Shown here: positions 19,360 to 30,771 of the stretch, piece after piece | How positions within the stretch are numbered: the first letter of the stretch is position 1 | How the letters are laid out: each line of letters begins with the position of its first letter | Source of the DNA: Escherichia coli | GTDB taxonomy: Bacteria; Pseudomonadota; Gammaproteobacteria; Enterobacterales; Enterobacteriaceae | Assembly: GCF_009931435.1 (NCBI RefSeq) | Contig: NZ_CP043414.1 | Reading direction: 5' to 3' (one strand) | DNA length: 64,000 nt | The notes under the pieces: model-generated | What the model saw: the letters and a program-made list of their open reading frames with translations, nothing else | What the model was told of the DNA's origin: nothing | The model's database searches: none | Program-made: the position numbers and the translations under genes

Positions 19360-21462
19360 ATGAAGATTTTTTCCGTCCGACAGACCGTTTTGCCCGCACT
19401 GCTTGTCCTTTCCCCCGTTGTTTTTGCCGCTGATGAACAGACTATGATTGTCAGTGCCGCACCGCAGGTGGTTTCAGAACTGGATACCCCAGCAGCAGTA
19501 AGCGTGGTGGATGGCGAGGAGATGCGTCTGGCAACACCGCGCATTAACTTGTCCGAATCACTGACCGGCGTGCCTGGTTTGCAGGTACAAAACCGGCAGA
19601 ACTATGCGCAAGATTTACAGCTGTCGATTCGCGGATTTGGCTCCCGCTCCACTTACGGTATTCGCGGTATTCGCCTGTATGTCGACGGTATTCCCGCCAC
19701 AATGCCCGACGGGCAAGGGCAAACATCCAACATCGATTTAAGCAGTGTACAAAATGTGGAAGTGCTGCGTGGCCCCTTTTCTGCCCTGTATGGCAACGCG
19801 TCTGGCGGTGTAATGAATGTCACCACCCAGACCGGGCAACAGCCACCAACCATTGAATCCAGTAGTTACTATGGCAGTTTTGGCAGCTGGCGCTATGGGC
19901 TGAAAGCAACGGGCGCAACGGGAGACGGCACACAGCCCGGCGATGTTGATTACACCGTCTCAACCACGCGTTTTACGACCCACGGCTATCGTGATCATAG
20001 TGGCGCACAGAAAAATTTAGCCAATGCCAAACTGGGCGTTCGCATTGATGACGCCAGCAAATTAAGCCTGATTTTCAATAGTGTGGATATCAAAGCAGAT
20101 GACCCAGGTGGGCTAACCGAAGCAGAATGGAAGGCGAATCCGCAACAAGCGCCACGCGCTGAACAGTACGACACGCGAAAAACCATCAAGCAAACTCAGG
20201 CTGGGTTGCGCTATGAACGTAGCCTGAGTTCGCAGGATGATATGAGTGTGATGATGTATGCCGGAGAACGAGAAACGACCCAGTACCAGTCAATCCCAAT
20301 GGCCCCGCAACTTAACCAATCGCATGCGGGCGGCGTGATTACTCTGCAACGCCATTATCAGGGGATAGACGGCCGCTGGACACACCGTGGCGAACTGGGT
20401 GTTCCGGTCACGTTCACTACCGGCCTGAACTACGAAAACATGAGTGAAAACCGTAAAGGCTACAACAACTTCCGCCTGTATAGCGGCGTGCCGGAATACG
20501 GGCAAAAAGGTGAGTTGCGCCGCGACGAACGCAATCTGATGTGGAACGTCGATCCTTATTTACAAACGCAGTGGCAGCTGATCGAAAAACTGTCGCTGGA
20601 TGCTGGCGTGCGCTACAGCTCCGTATGGTTTGATTCCAACGATCATTACATTACTCCGGGTAACGGCGATGACAGTGGTGATGCCAGTTATCACAAATGG
20701 CTACCAGCCGGATCGTTAAAATATGCAATGACCGATGCCTGGAATATCTATCTGGCAGCCGGGCGTGGTTTTGAAACGCCGACGATTAATGAGCTGTCTT
20801 ATCGTGCTGACGGTCAAAGCGGTATGAACTTTGGTTTAAAACCATCCACCAACGATACAATTGAGATCGGCAGTAAAACGCGTATTGGTAATGGGCTGCT
20901 TAGTCTCGCATTGTTCCAGACCGACACCGATGATGAAATTGTTGTCGATAACAGTAGCGGTGGGCGTACGACTTACAAAAATGCCGGAAAGACCCGTCGT
21001 CAAGGCGCTGAACTGGCATGGGATCAACGTTTCGCGGGAGATTTTCGCGTAAAAGCGTCCTGGACCTGGCTTGATGCGACCTATCGCAGCAATGTGTGCA
21101 ATGAACATGATTGTAACGGTAACCGGATGCCAGGGATCGCCCGTAATATGGGCTTTGCGTCGATAGGTTATGTACCGGAAGATGGCTGGTATGCAGGTAC
21201 GGAAGCGCGTTATATGGGCGATATTATGGCCGATGATGAAAATACGGCCAAAGCGCCGTCTTATACTCTCGTCGGCTTATTCTCCGGGTATAAATACAAT
21301 TTCCACAATTTAAGTGTGGATTTATTTGGTCGTGTCGATAATTTATTCGATAAAGAATACGTTGGTTCTGTCATTGTCAATGAGTCAAACGGGCGATATT
21401 ACGAACCTGCGCCCGGGCGAAATTATGGTATCGGCGTGAATGTTGCGTGGCGATTTGAGTGA
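19360..21462 (+). CDS. yncD: TonB-dependent outer-membrane receptor
   Basis: 700-aa ORF with signal peptide, TonB-box-like N-terminus and C-terminal aromatic residue (...WRFE). Confidence 0.88.
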   Translation: MKIFSVRQTVLPALLVLSPVVFAADEQTMIVSAAPQVVSELDTPAAVSVVDGEEMRLATPRINLSESLTGVPGLQVQNRQNYAQDLQLSIRGFGSRSTYGIRGIRLYVDGIPATMPDGQGQTSNIDLSSVQNVEVLRGPFSALYGNASGGVMNVTTQTGQQPPTIESSSYYGSFGSWRYGLKATGATGDGTQPGDVDYTVSTTRFTTHGYRDHSGAQKNLANAKLGVRIDDASKLSLIFNSVDIKADDPGGLTEAEWKANPQQAPRAEQYDTRKTIKQTQAGLRYERSLSSQDDMSVMMYAGERETTQYQSIPMAPQLNQSHAGGVITLQRHYQGIDGRWTHRGELGVPVTFTTGLNYENMSENRKGYNNFRLYSGVPEYGQKGELRRDERNLMWNVDPYLQTQWQLIEKLSLDAGVRYSSVWFDSNDHYITPGNGDDSGDASYHKWLPAGSLKYAMTDAWNIYLAAGRGFETPTINELSYRADGQSGMNFGLKPSTNDTIEIGSKTRIGNGLLSLALFQTDTDDEIVVDNSSGGRTTYKNAGKTRRQGAELAWDQRFAGDFRVKASWTWLDATYRSNVCNEHDCNGNRMPGIARNMGFASIGYVPEDGWYAGTEARYMGDIMADDENTAKAPSYTLVGLFSGYKYNFHNLSVDLFGRVDNLFDKEYVGSVIVNESNGRYYEPAPGRNYGIGVNVAWRFE

Positions 21463-21472
21463 TTATATTGAT

Positions 21473-21497
21473 GCCCGGTATTTGCCGGGCATTTAAT
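21473..21497. terminator. Hairpin between convergent yncD and mcbR (gcccggtatttgccgggc)
   Basis: Stem-loop followed by an A/T-rich run. Confidence 0.5.
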
Positions 21498-22163
21498 TTA
21501 ACGATTATATTGCTGGTATAACATAGCAACATTTTGTTGCATAATTTCAGCAAGACAATGTCTGCATCGCTCTTTGTCTTTTACTTTCAACGCGGCGAGT
21601 AGTTCATGATAGCTTTCTATACGATCCTGTAATTCCGCTGGATTAATCGCTTCATAAAGATAATGTAAACCAGGTCCCATCCTGACCCACAGTTGCTCAA
21701 TCATCTCACACAGGATGGGCATATTTGAACGATGATAAATCGCTAAGCGAAATAACCTGTTCGCATTAATGATTTGTTCCATGTCGCCCTTTTCTTGCGC
21801 CTGCTGTAATTTATCGAGCAATTTCTGAAGTTCCGCTATATCTTGCGAGGAGAGGTTTTCTACAGCCAGAGCAACTGCCATTAATTCCAGTTCGTAGCGG
21901 ATCCGATTGATTTCGTCTAATTGACCTTTCCCCACTTCCGGTACTGTAAATGCTTGCGCTGGTGCGACAGAGAGCGCATTCACCGAAACCAGACGTAATA
22001 ATGCTTCACGCACAGGTGTAATACTCATACCTAATTGCTCCGCCAGATTTTTAGTAATCAGGCGTGCGCCAGGTTTTAGTGCGCCAATACTTAGTTGATG
22101 TTTCAGGTCGTTCTCAACCTGCATAGTCAAACTGACATGTTTCATTTTTTCCGTTCCAGGCAT
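21498..22163 (-). CDS. mcbR: GntR-family transcriptional regulator
   Basis: HTH GntR N-terminus; start moved to the ATG at 22161-22163 (GAAGGAAG RBS), giving 221 aa. Confidence 0.85.
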   Translation of the reverse strand: MPGTEKMKHVSLTMQVENDLKHQLSIGALKPGARLITKNLAEQLGMSITPVREALLRLVSVNALSVAPAQAFTVPEVGKGQLDEINRIRYELELMAVALAVENLSSQDIAELQKLLDKLQQAQEKGDMEQIINANRLFRLAIYHRSNMPILCEMIEQLWVRMGPGLHYLYEAINPAELQDRIESYHELLAALKVKDKERCRHCLAEIMQQNVAMLYQQYNR

Positions 22164-22361
22164 TTTACTTCCTTCGCGTGTTTTCTTTCCGACCCTGCCT
22201 GCATAGCAGAAGGCGTTCACCTGGTGTGTTAAAATGAATAATCATAAGCCACTCACCTTTGTAGTTATTAGCAGCAGAATAATGATGTGGTCAGTTAATT
22301 AAAGCTGAAAATAAGCTTTTTGCCTGGATTTTTATGGCGGCTTTATGCCGCCGTCGTATCT

Positions 22362-23399
22362 TTAATCATCATCCGCCACGCGGATCACCACTTTGCCAAA
22401 GTTTTTACCCTTCAGCAGGCCGATAAACGTCTGTGGGGCGTTCTCCAAACCGTTGGTAATTTGTTCACGATAGTGAATTTTCCCCTCTTTCACCCATTGT
22501 CCCATCTCCTGCTGAAACTCATGGATACGGTGACCATAATCCTGACCAATAATAAACCCTTGCAAGCGAATGCGTTTTTTCAGCACCGTTGCCATCAACA
22601 GGGGTAAACGATCCGGACCGGGTGGTAGCTCTGTAGCGTTATAGCTGCTCACTAAGCCGCAGACGGGAATGCGCGCGGATGTATTGAGTAACGGTAGCAC
22701 CGCATCAAATACCTTACCGCCAACGTTTTCATAATAAATATCGATACCTTTTGGGCACGCTTTCGCCAGTTGCTCGGCAAAATCATCCGCGTGATGGTCA
22801 AGGCAGACATCGAAGCCCAACACCTCGGTAGCATGGCGGCATTTTTCCGCGCCACCAGCTACCCCCACCACTCTGCAACCTTTAAGTTTGCCGATTTGCC
22901 CCACCGTCGCCCCCACTGGTCCTGTCGCTGCAGCTACCACCAACGTTTCGCCTTCTTTGGGCTGACCGATATCCAGCAGGCCCATATAAGCGGTAAAGCC
23001 TGGCATCCCCAGCACACCCAGCGACCACGATGGATTTTGCGGATGATCGCCAAGTTTCACCAAATCATCACCACTGGATATGTCATAGTCCTGCCATCCA
23101 CTGTAGCCCAGCACCCAGTCACCAGGCTGGTAATCAGGATGATTTGACTCCACGACACGGCTCACCGTACCGCCGACCATCACGCCGTCAATGTCAACCG
23201 GCGGTGAATAAGATGGCTCATCGCTCATACGTCCACGCATATACGGGTCCAGTGACAAATAAACTGTGCGCAGTAATACCTGTCCTTCACCCGGTGTGGC
23301 GACATCATCTTCTTCAAGACGAAAATTCTCCGCAACCGGCGCGCCATGCGGACGCGAGGCCAGAACCCAACGGCGGTTACGCTGCTTTTGTTGCCCCAT
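22362..23399 (-). CDS. curA: NADPH-dependent curcumin/dihydrocurcumin reductase (zinc-independent MDR family)
   Basis: 345 aa from the ATG at 23397-23399; Rossmann motif AAATGPVGATVGQ. Confidence 0.88.
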   Translation of the reverse strand: MGQQKQRNRRWVLASRPHGAPVAENFRLEEDDVATPGEGQVLLRTVYLSLDPYMRGRMSDEPSYSPPVDIDGVMVGGTVSRVVESNHPDYQPGDWVLGYSGWQDYDISSGDDLVKLGDHPQNPSWSLGVLGMPGFTAYMGLLDIGQPKEGETLVVAAATGPVGATVGQIGKLKGCRVVGVAGGAEKCRHATEVLGFDVCLDHHADDFAEQLAKACPKGIDIYYENVGGKVFDAVLPLLNTSARIPVCGLVSSYNATELPPGPDRLPLLMATVLKKRIRLQGFIIGQDYGHRIHEFQQEMGQWVKEGKIHYREQITNGLENAPQTFIGLLKGKNFGKVVIRVADDD

Positions 23400-23579
23400 A
23401 ATGCTCTCCTGTGCTTTTGGCATGAATCCATCAATAGTAGCAGGCTCGCAGGATTGGTTTTGTTTGCAGTCGTCACATCCCCTCTGCAACACGCAATAAT
23501 TTCATCGAGGAATCCGTTGCTTCGGGCTGTTTTCGATAGTATTGATAACGTCATTATCATTATTTTATCGAGGCCAGAC

Positions 23580-24095
23580 ATGTCCATCCGTTTTGCCCGC
23601 AAAGCCGACTGTGCTGCCATTGCGGAAATTTATAACCACGCCGTGTTGTATACGGCGGCTATCTGGAATGACCAAACGGTGGATGCAGATAACCGCATTG
23701 CCTGGTTTGAAGCGCGGACCATAGCAGGTTATCCGGTGCTGGTGAGTGAAGAAGATGGCGTAGTGACGGGATATGCCTCGTTTGGCGACTGGCGTAGTTT
23801 CGATGGTTTTCGCCATACCGTGGAGCATTCGGTTTATGTCCATCCTGATCATCAGGGCAAAGGTCTTGGGCGTAAATTGTTAAGCCGATTGATTGATGAA
23901 GCGCGGGATTGCGGGAAGCATGTTATGGTCGCCGGGATCGAATCGCAAAATCAGGCTTCGCTGCATCTCCACCAGTCGCTGGGATTTGTCATCACCGCAC
24001 AAATGCCGCAGGTGGGCACTAAATTTGGGCGCTGGCTGGATCTGACCTTTATGCAGTTGCAACTCGACGAACGCAGTGAACCGGACGCAATCTGA
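23580..24095 (+). CDS. mnaT: GNAT-family N-acyltransferase
   Basis: Start moved to the internal ATG at 23580 (MSIRFARKADCAAIAEIYNH...); GNAT fold; order matches K-12 yncA/mnaT. Confidence 0.8.
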   Translation: MSIRFARKADCAAIAEIYNHAVLYTAAIWNDQTVDADNRIAWFEARTIAGYPVLVSEEDGVVTGYASFGDWRSFDGFRHTVEHSVYVHPDHQGKGLGRKLLSRLIDEARDCGKHVMVAGIESQNQASLHLHQSLGFVITAQMPQVGTKFGRWLDLTFMQLQLDERSEPDAI

Positions 24096-24544
24096 TGAAT
24101 CAGTCGCTTACCCTTGCCTTTTTGATTGCCGTAGGGATTGGTCTGGTCGTCCAGAACACGCTAATGGTGCGCATCACCCAGATCTCCTCTACCATTCTCA
24201 TCGCCATGTTGCTGAACTCACTGGTAGGGATTGTGCTCTTTGTTTCTATTTTATGGTTTAAACAAGGCATGGCGGGGTTTGGCGAACTGGTGTCCAGCGT
24301 ACGCTGGTGGACACTTATACCCGGCTTGCTGGGATCTTTTTTTGTCTTCGCCAGTATCAGCGGATATCAGAATTTGGGAGCGGCGACAACTATTGCAGTA
24401 CTGGTCGCCAGCCAGCTAATTGGCGGTCTGGTGCTGGATATCTTCCGCAGTCATGGCGTACCACTACGGGCGTTGATCGGCCCAATTTGTGGCGCAATTT
24501 TACTTGTGGTTGGTGCCTGGCTGGTGGCCAGGCGCACATTTTAA
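24095..24544 (+). CDS. ydcZ: Inner-membrane protein (DMT-like)
   Basis: 149-aa hydrophobic ORF; ATG overlaps the mnaT stop. Confidence 0.8.
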   Translation: MNQSLTLAFLIAVGIGLVVQNTLMVRITQISSTILIAMLLNSLVGIVLFVSILWFKQGMAGFGELVSSVRWWTLIPGLLGSFFVFASISGYQNLGAATTIAVLVASQLIGGLVLDIFRSHGVPLRALIGPICGAILLVVGAWLVARRTF

Positions 24545-24778
24545 TCAGAGGATGGTGCCGCCTTTGGTTAACTGTTCGTGGCGCGCTTCCATATCTTCTT
24601 TATGCTTGCGACCGTGATGGGCGATCGCTGTGCGCAGACGCTGCTGCTGGGTGTAGCGATCTTCCCGACTTAACTCCGCGTCATCGCTCAGGGCGATTAA
24701 TAATTCGTTCATATGGGCAATGACGCTCTCTTCAATCGCGGCATCCACGCGCGCGATGACTTCATCCAGATGCGACAT
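24545..24778 (-). CDS. ydcY: Small protein YdcY
   Basis: 77-aa ORF; gene order. Confidence 0.75.
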   Translation of the reverse strand: MSHLDEVIARVDAAIEESVIAHMNELLIALSDDAELSREDRYTQQQRLRTAIAHHGRKHKEDMEARHEQLTKGGTIL

Positions 24779-24863
24779 ACTTTCTCCTTAGCCACTTGTG
24801 AAATTTATCGATTCATCCAAATGATATAAGTCTGCGTGGTGCCGTCAAGCCAGTGCGTAAGAT

Positions 24864-25037
24864 TTAAAACAGTGAAAACAACAGCGCCACCGGGAAACTC
24901 ATCGGCCATGTTGCCCCCACCAGAAAGGCGCTTAAGAAACGGATGCGTTTCTTATCGTGAGAAAGAAACCAGGTGATAAGAAATGCGATTGCTGCCATAA
25001 CCGCATAAAAAACAAGCATGTGTTGATAGAGAGACAT
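24864..25037 (-). CDS. ortT: Small membrane protein (orphan toxin OrtT / YdcX)
   Basis: 57-aa hydrophobic peptide MSLYQHMLVFYAVMAAIAFLITWFLSHDKKRIRFLSAFLVGATWPMSFPVALLFSLF from the internal ATG. Confidence 0.75.
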   Translation of the reverse strand: MSLYQHMLVFYAVMAAIAFLITWFLSHDKKRIRFLSAFLVGATWPMSFPVALLFSLF

Positions 25038-25230
25038 GTACGGGCGTCCAGCCAGATGAATAAAACGCGCGCAAATATGCGTCATTTTTTGACGTGCATC
25101 AAGTTTTTTCACCAGTTTGAGAAAAAATCATCAACAGCAACTTGCCCTTATCCATCTTCAGAATAAGTATTATTGCGGATTTTCTTAACCCGTACTATAC
25201 ACATAGGGGCAATGATAAAAGGTGGCAAAA

Positions 25231-25326
25231 ATGAATGTTTCCAGTAGAACTGTAGTACTGATAAATGTCTTTGCTGCTGTTGGTTTGTTTACTCTTATCT
25301 CTATGAGATTTGGCTGGTTTATTTGA
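25231..25326 (+). CDS. yncL: Small protein YncL (31 aa)
   Basis: ATG at 25231 preceded by AGGTGG; encodes MNVSSRTVVLINVFAAVGLFTLISMRFGWFI; below the ORF-track length cutoff. Confidence 0.6.
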   Translation: MNVSSRTVVLINVFAAVGLFTLISMRFGWFI

Positions 25327-25422
25327 TGTAGTGATTTTGCACGCAGCACGTACTGTCAGAGAAATCAGTGCTCTGACAGTACGCAAGATCATCTCATACT
25401 CTTACGATCTGCAATATTATCC

Positions 25423-26847
25423 TTAATGCTTAACCATGACGTGGCGGACGACGGTGTAATCCTCCAGCCCATAAAGTGACATATCCTTGCCGTAACCAGA
25501 AAGTTTCTGCCCACCGTGCGGCATTTCACTTACCAGCATGAAATGGGTATTGACCCAGGTACAACCATATTGCAGCCGTGCGCTGACACGATGCGCCCTG
25601 CCCACATCTTTAGTCCATACCGAAGATGCAAGTCCGTACTGGCTGTCATTCGCCCAGTTCACCACCTGTTCTTCATTGTCAAAGGCCGTCACGCTCACCA
25701 CCGGACCAAATACCTCTTTTTGCACGATGGCATCGTCCTGTAACGCGCCAGCCAGCAGCGTAGGCGCGTAGTAATAACCATTACCCTTGCGCTTTTCACC
25801 ACCGGTGATCACTTTGATGTGCCCTGTCTCTTTCGCCTCTTCTACCGCCTTGCTGACACGTTCGAGATGTGCCAGCGAACTTAACGGTCCAAGCTCTGTG
25901 GACTCGTCATCCGGCGCACCAGATTTTAACGTTGCCACTGCAGCACCGAGTTTTTCCACCAGCGTATCGTAAATACCTTTTTGCGCGTAGATCCGACAAG
26001 CCGCAGTACAATCCTGTCCGGCATTGTAATAGCCAAAAGTACGAACACCTTCGACCACTGCTTCAATATCAGCATCATCAAAAACAATCACTGGCGCTTT
26101 GCCACCAAGTTCCATATGAGTACGCTTAATAGACGGCGCTGTATGGCTGATGATGTGCTCGCCGGTGGCGATAGAGCCCGTCAGCGACACCATCCGCACT
26201 TTGGGATGTCCGGTCAGCGGATCGCCCACTGTTTTGCCTCTGCCAAACAGCACATTAATCACGCCAGCCGGGAAGATATCTTTCGCCAGTTCAGCCAGCT
26301 TCAACGCTGTCAGCGGCGTAATTTCTGATGGTTTAAGCACTACGCAGTTCCCTGCCGCCAGCGCCGGAGCCAGTTTCCACGCGGCCATCATCAGCGGATA
26401 ATTCCACGGTGCGATAGAAGCCACGACCCCCAACGGATCCCGACGGATCATTGAAGTATGACCTTCAAGGTATTCGCCGGCCGCCAGACCATTGAGGCAG
26501 CGCGCCGCCCCGGCGAAAAAGCGAAAGACATCGACAATCGCCGGAATTTCATCATTGAACGCACTATGCAGCGGTTTGCCACAATTACGGGACTCCAGTT
26601 CGGCAAAAACCTGACCATTTTCTTCAATAACATCGGCCAGTTTCAGCAGGCATTCCGCACGCGCTTTCGGCGTGGTTTGCCCCCATTCGGCAAATGCTGC
26701 ATCTGCCGCGCGAACAGCAGCATCCACCTGCTCTGCGGATGCCTCGGCAATCTCCAGTAAAACGTCCCCCGTTGCCGGATTATAGACAGGCTGTTTTTCC
26801 CCTTCGCCGCTAACCAGTTCTCCGTTAATCAGTAACTTATGTTGCAT
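25423..26847 (-). CDS. patD: Gamma-aminobutyraldehyde dehydrogenase
   Basis: 474-aa aldehyde dehydrogenase family protein (catalytic Cys and Glu context present); sits upstream of the ydc ABC transporter genes. Confidence 0.9.
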   Translation of the reverse strand: MQHKLLINGELVSGEGEKQPVYNPATGDVLLEIAEASAEQVDAAVRAADAAFAEWGQTTPKARAECLLKLADVIEENGQVFAELESRNCGKPLHSAFNDEIPAIVDVFRFFAGAARCLNGLAAGEYLEGHTSMIRRDPLGVVASIAPWNYPLMMAAWKLAPALAAGNCVVLKPSEITPLTALKLAELAKDIFPAGVINVLFGRGKTVGDPLTGHPKVRMVSLTGSIATGEHIISHTAPSIKRTHMELGGKAPVIVFDDADIEAVVEGVRTFGYYNAGQDCTAACRIYAQKGIYDTLVEKLGAAVATLKSGAPDDESTELGPLSSLAHLERVSKAVEEAKETGHIKVITGGEKRKGNGYYYAPTLLAGALQDDAIVQKEVFGPVVSVTAFDNEEQVVNWANDSQYGLASSVWTKDVGRAHRVSARLQYGCTWVNTHFMLVSEMPHGGQKLSGYGKDMSLYGLEDYTVVRHVMVKH

Positions 26848-26868
26848 AGCATATTCCTGTATCAGTGG

Positions 26869-27663
26869 TTATTGACCATTGTCGCCTTCGCGGGTTAGCC
26901 ACCAGGCTCCCAGGATCGGCAAGGTTGTTACCAACATAACCAGCAGTGCCACGACGTTGGTTACCGGTACATCACGTGGTCGCCCAAGCTGATTGAGTAA
27001 CCACAACGGTAACGTTCGTTCATGACCTGCCGTAAAAGTCGTAACGATGATTTCATCGAACGACAAAGCAAACGCCTGCATTCCTCCTGCCAGAAGCGCC
27101 GAACTGAGATTCGGCAACACCACGTAGCGGAAGGTTTGCCAGCCATTGGCCCCAAGATCCATTGACGCCTCAACCAGACTCCAGGAGGTGCGGCGAAAAC
27201 GGGCGATGACATTGTTAAACACCACCACTACGCAAAAAGTCGCATGACCGACCACGATGGTGAAAAATCCCGGCTCCAGATTGATGGTTTTAAAAGCAGT
27301 TAATAGCGCCAGACCAGTGACAATGCCCGGTAGCGCAATGGGCAGCAGCAATAACAATGAAATGGCGCTTTTACCGAAAAAGTCCCGACGCCACAGCGCA
27401 GCAGCGGCCAGTGTCCCTAATACCAGCGCAATTAATGTCGCCAGCGCCGCCACTTTAAGTGACAGTGTCACAGCATCAAGAATATCACTACGCTGTGCTG
27501 CCACGCTAAACCAGCGCAGCGTCAGGCCTTGCGGTGGAAAACTAAACGCTGCATCTTCGGTATTAAAAGCATAGGCGGCGATAATCAGGATGGGAAAATG
27601 AAGGAAAACCACGCCGCCCCAGGCCGCCAGTTTAAGGAAAAACGGTGCGCGTTCAGAGTGCAT
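26869..27663 (-). CDS. ydcV: ABC transporter permease
   Basis: 264-aa membrane ORF; fourth gene of the ydcS-T-U-V cluster. Confidence 0.88.
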   Translation of the reverse strand: MHSERAPFFLKLAAWGGVVFLHFPILIIAAYAFNTEDAAFSFPPQGLTLRWFSVAAQRSDILDAVTLSLKVAALATLIALVLGTLAAAALWRRDFFGKSAISLLLLLPIALPGIVTGLALLTAFKTINLEPGFFTIVVGHATFCVVVVFNNVIARFRRTSWSLVEASMDLGANGWQTFRYVVLPNLSSALLAGGMQAFALSFDEIIVTTFTAGHERTLPLWLLNQLGRPRDVPVTNVVALLVMLVTTLPILGAWWLTREGDNGQ

Positions 27664-28594
27664 CGAATGCTCCCAGACGTTTCACGAACGCCAGGTACAG
27701 TGCGATGAGAACAATCGGCACCAGGGTGAATGCCGCAGCCATCGGCATATTGCCAATCGCCCCCTGCTGGGAATAAACCATATTGCCGATAAAATATCCT
27801 GGAGGGCCAACCAGCTGCGGAACGATAAAATCGCCCAGTGTGAGTGAAAAGGTAAAGATAGAGCCAGCGGCAATACCCGGGATCGCCAGCGGCAGCACCA
27901 CATAGCGAAAGGTTTGCCGTGGACGCGCGCCAAGATCAGCCGACGCCTGCAACAATGACGGCGGCAAACGCTCAAGCGCCGCCTGCACCGGCAGGATCAT
28001 GAACGGCAGCCAGATATAGAGAAACACCAGAAAGCGCCCCAGCCCGGAAGTTGACAACGTGTTACCGCCCACCGCTGGTAATGTAAGGAACGCTGTCAGC
28101 AGTGGTTCCAGCCCCAGATGTTGTAAAAACCACTGCGCCACGCCATCTTTTGCCAGCAATAATGTCCAGGCATAAGCTTTAACAATGTAGCTTGCCCACA
28201 TTGGCAGCATCACCGCAATATAGAAGAACGCTTTCATTTTCCCGCTGGTATAGCGCGCCATATACCACGCCATCGGAAAAGCCAGAATGGCGCTGGTGAT
28301 AGTGACAGCCACAGCCATGGTTAGCGTGCGGAGGATGATGTCGTAATTCGCCGGATTAAACAGCGCACGGATATTCGCCAGCGTCAGTTCTGGCGTTACC
28401 GACATGGTGAAATCGTCAAAGGTATAAAAGCCCTGCCATAACAACGTCAGGAGTGAACCAAAATAGACAATGCCAAACCACATCAGCGGACCAAGCAGCA
28501 GCAAAAACAGCCCCAGTCCCGGTTTCCGCCAGAAGAAACCTGACACCTTACCCAATCCTGGGCGCGCAGGTGATTGCAATACGTTCATCGCCAT
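27653..28594 (-). CDS. ydcU: ABC transporter permease
   Basis: 313-aa membrane ORF; overlaps ydcV. Confidence 0.88.
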   Translation of the reverse strand: MAMNVLQSPARPGLGKVSGFFWRKPGLGLFLLLLGPLMWFGIVYFGSLLTLLWQGFYTFDDFTMSVTPELTLANIRALFNPANYDIILRTLTMAVAVTITSAILAFPMAWYMARYTSGKMKAFFYIAVMLPMWASYIVKAYAWTLLLAKDGVAQWFLQHLGLEPLLTAFLTLPAVGGNTLSTSGLGRFLVFLYIWLPFMILPVQAALERLPPSLLQASADLGARPRQTFRYVVLPLAIPGIAAGSIFTFSLTLGDFIVPQLVGPPGYFIGNMVYSQQGAIGNMPMAAAFTLVPIVLIALYLAFVKRLGAFDAL

Positions 28595-29608
28595 TCACCT
28601 CTCCTCAACCAGCGGCACCATCACATCGCGCGACCAGGAAACCATCACCTGTTGTCCGGGCGTGAGCGTGGCAGGCAGTTCTTCGCCTGTCATATTGGCC
28701 TGACTCACCAGCAGTTTTTCACCGCCATTCAGTCTCAGTTCAAAACGGGTCGCCGCGCCCTGATACTGCACCGCCTGGATCGTGCCATTAACTTGCACTT
28801 CGCCGGGGGTGTTGAGGCGGATATGTTCCGGTCTCAGGGCAAAACTGCCTATCATGCCGCAAAGATTCTCGGCCATTAGCGGCTCAAAAACGTTGGATGT
28901 CCCGACGAATCCGGCAACAAACGGCGTGCGCGGGCGCATATAGAGGTCACGCGGTGAATCAACCTGCTCAATGCGACCGTTATTGAATACCGCAACACGA
29001 TCGGACATCGATAATGCCTCGCCCTGATCGTGGGTGACGAAAATAAAGGTGATGCCAAGAGACTGTTGTAGTTTTTTCAGTTCCAGTTGCATCTGCTCAC
29101 GCAGCTTAAGATCCAGTGCGCCGAGCGGTTCATCCAGCAGCAATACGCGCGGTTCATTCACTAACGCTCTGGCAATGGCAACCCGCTGACGCTGACCACC
29201 AGAAAGTTGTGACGGTTTACGTTGCTGTACAAATCCGAGCGCCACTTTCTCCAGCGCCTCTTGCGCCATTACGTGTCGCTGTTTTTTATCCACCCCTTTG
29301 ACCATCAGCCCATAGGCCACGTTGTCAAGAATCGACATATGCGGAAAAAGCGCGTAGTCCTGGAAAACGGTATTCACGTCCCGCTCCCACGGTGGCAGAT
29401 TGCTGGCGGGTTTACCAAAGATAGATATAGTCCCGCCGGAAAGCTGTTCGAATCCAGCAATCAGGCGCAGGCAGGTGGTTTTGCCGGAGCCAGACGGCCC
29501 CAGCATTGAGAAAAACTCACCATCTTTTATCGCAATACTGACACCATCTACCGCGCGCACATCACCATACAGTCGCGATACGTTGTCAAACTCCACTGCG
29601 TACGTCAT
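28595..29608 (-). CDS. ydcT: ABC transporter ATP-binding protein
   Basis: Walker A GPSGSGKTT, ABC signature LSGGQRQR, Walker B LLLDEP. Confidence 0.92.
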   Translation of the reverse strand: MTYAVEFDNVSRLYGDVRAVDGVSIAIKDGEFFSMLGPSGSGKTTCLRLIAGFEQLSGGTISIFGKPASNLPPWERDVNTVFQDYALFPHMSILDNVAYGLMVKGVDKKQRHVMAQEALEKVALGFVQQRKPSQLSGGQRQRVAIARALVNEPRVLLLDEPLGALDLKLREQMQLELKKLQQSLGITFIFVTHDQGEALSMSDRVAVFNNGRIEQVDSPRDLYMRPRTPFVAGFVGTSNVFEPLMAENLCGMIGSFALRPEHIRLNTPGEVQVNGTIQAVQYQGAATRFELRLNGGEKLLVSQANMTGEELPATLTPGQQVMVSWSRDVMVPLVEER

Positions 29609-29625
29609 AAAACACCCCAGCGAAG

Positions 29626-30771
29626 TTAGCGGCCGCCCATAATGGCAATATAATCCTGCGTCCAGCGACTGTAAGGAACAAACTTGCCCCCTTCTGCTAT
29701 AGGCGTTTTCCAGAAGGCGATTTTATCGAAATAGTTAAAACCGTTTGTTTCACAACCTTTTTCGCCTAATAACGGACTGGCTTTACACCCTTCCGGCACT
29801 ACCGGTAACGAGCCAAACCAGGCCGCCACATCGCCCTGCACTTTTGGCGTTAATGACCAGTTCATCCATTTGTAGGCGCAAACCGGATGTTTCGCTTCGC
29901 TATGTAGCATGGTGGTGTCAGCCCAACCGGTAACGCCCTCCTTCGGGAAAACGGTAGCGACAGGCTGGCCTTCGGCTTTCAGGGCGTTGGCCTGGTAGGG
30001 CCATGCACTGGAAGCAACCACACCCTCGTTTTTGAAATCGCTCATTTGCACGGTAGTGTCATGCCAGTAGCGATGGATCAAACTATGTTGATCGCGCAGC
30101 ACTTTCAGCACCGCCTGGTACTGTTCTTCGGTGAGTTGATACGGATCGCTGATGCCCAACTGCGGCTGAGTGGCTTTAACGAACAACGCAGCATCCGCAA
30201 TATAAATAGGGCCATCATAAGCCTGAACGCGGCCTTTATTGCTCTTACCGTCCGGCAGATTCTGCGTAACAAAAACCACTTGCCAGCTATCCGGCGGCGT
30301 CGGGAAGGTTTTAGTGTTGTACATCAACAGGTTCGGCCCCCATTGGTAAGGTGTGCCATAAACTTTGCCACTAACGTTAAACCAGTCGCCTTTAACCACG
30401 CGCGGATCGAGCGTTTTCCAGTTGGGAATCAATGCGGTATTAATCGGCTGCACGCGTTTGCCCATAATCAGGCGCAGCGAGGCATCGCCGGATGCTGTAA
30501 CCAGATCGTAACCCCCTTTGGTCATCAGACTGACCATTTCATCAGAAGTCGCGGCGGTTTTCACATTCACCGCGCAGCCTGTCTCTTTTTCGAATTGCGT
30601 TACCCAGTCGTATTGTTTATCAGTTTGTCCGCGTTCGATGTATCCCGGCCAGGCGATAATATCCAGTCGCCCTTCCGGTTTATCTAAATTGGTAGGCGGT
30701 TCGGCGGCGTGAGCGGTCATTATTGTCATGGTGAGCGCACACAGGCTGCTGCGGGCAAATGTCTTGCTCAT
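29626..30771 (-). CDS. ydcS: Periplasmic substrate-binding protein (polyamine-type)
   Basis: 381-aa ORF with signal peptide; first gene of the ABC operon. Confidence 0.88.
   Translation of the reverse strand: MSKTFARSSLCALTMTIMTAHAAEPPTNLDKPEGRLDIIAWPGYIERGQTDKQYDWVTQFEKETGCAVNVKTAATSDEMVSLMTKGGYDLVTASGDASLRLIMGKRVQPINTALIPNWKTLDPRVVKGDWFNVSGKVYGTPYQWGPNLLMYNTKTFPTPPDSWQVVFVTQNLPDGKSNKGRVQAYDGPIYIADAALFVKATQPQLGISDPYQLTEEQYQAVLKVLRDQHSLIHRYWHDTTVQMSDFKNEGVVASSAWPYQANALKAEGQPVATVFPKEGVTGWADTTMLHSEAKHPVCAYKWMNWSLTPKVQGDVAAWFGSLPVVPEGCKASPLLGEKGCETNGFNYFDKIAFWKTPIAEGGKFVPYSRWTQDYIAIMGGR

Noticed and set aside
25195-25392. 65-aa minus-strand ORF
   Set aside because: Antisense to the SD-led 31-aa yncL frame; no RBS.
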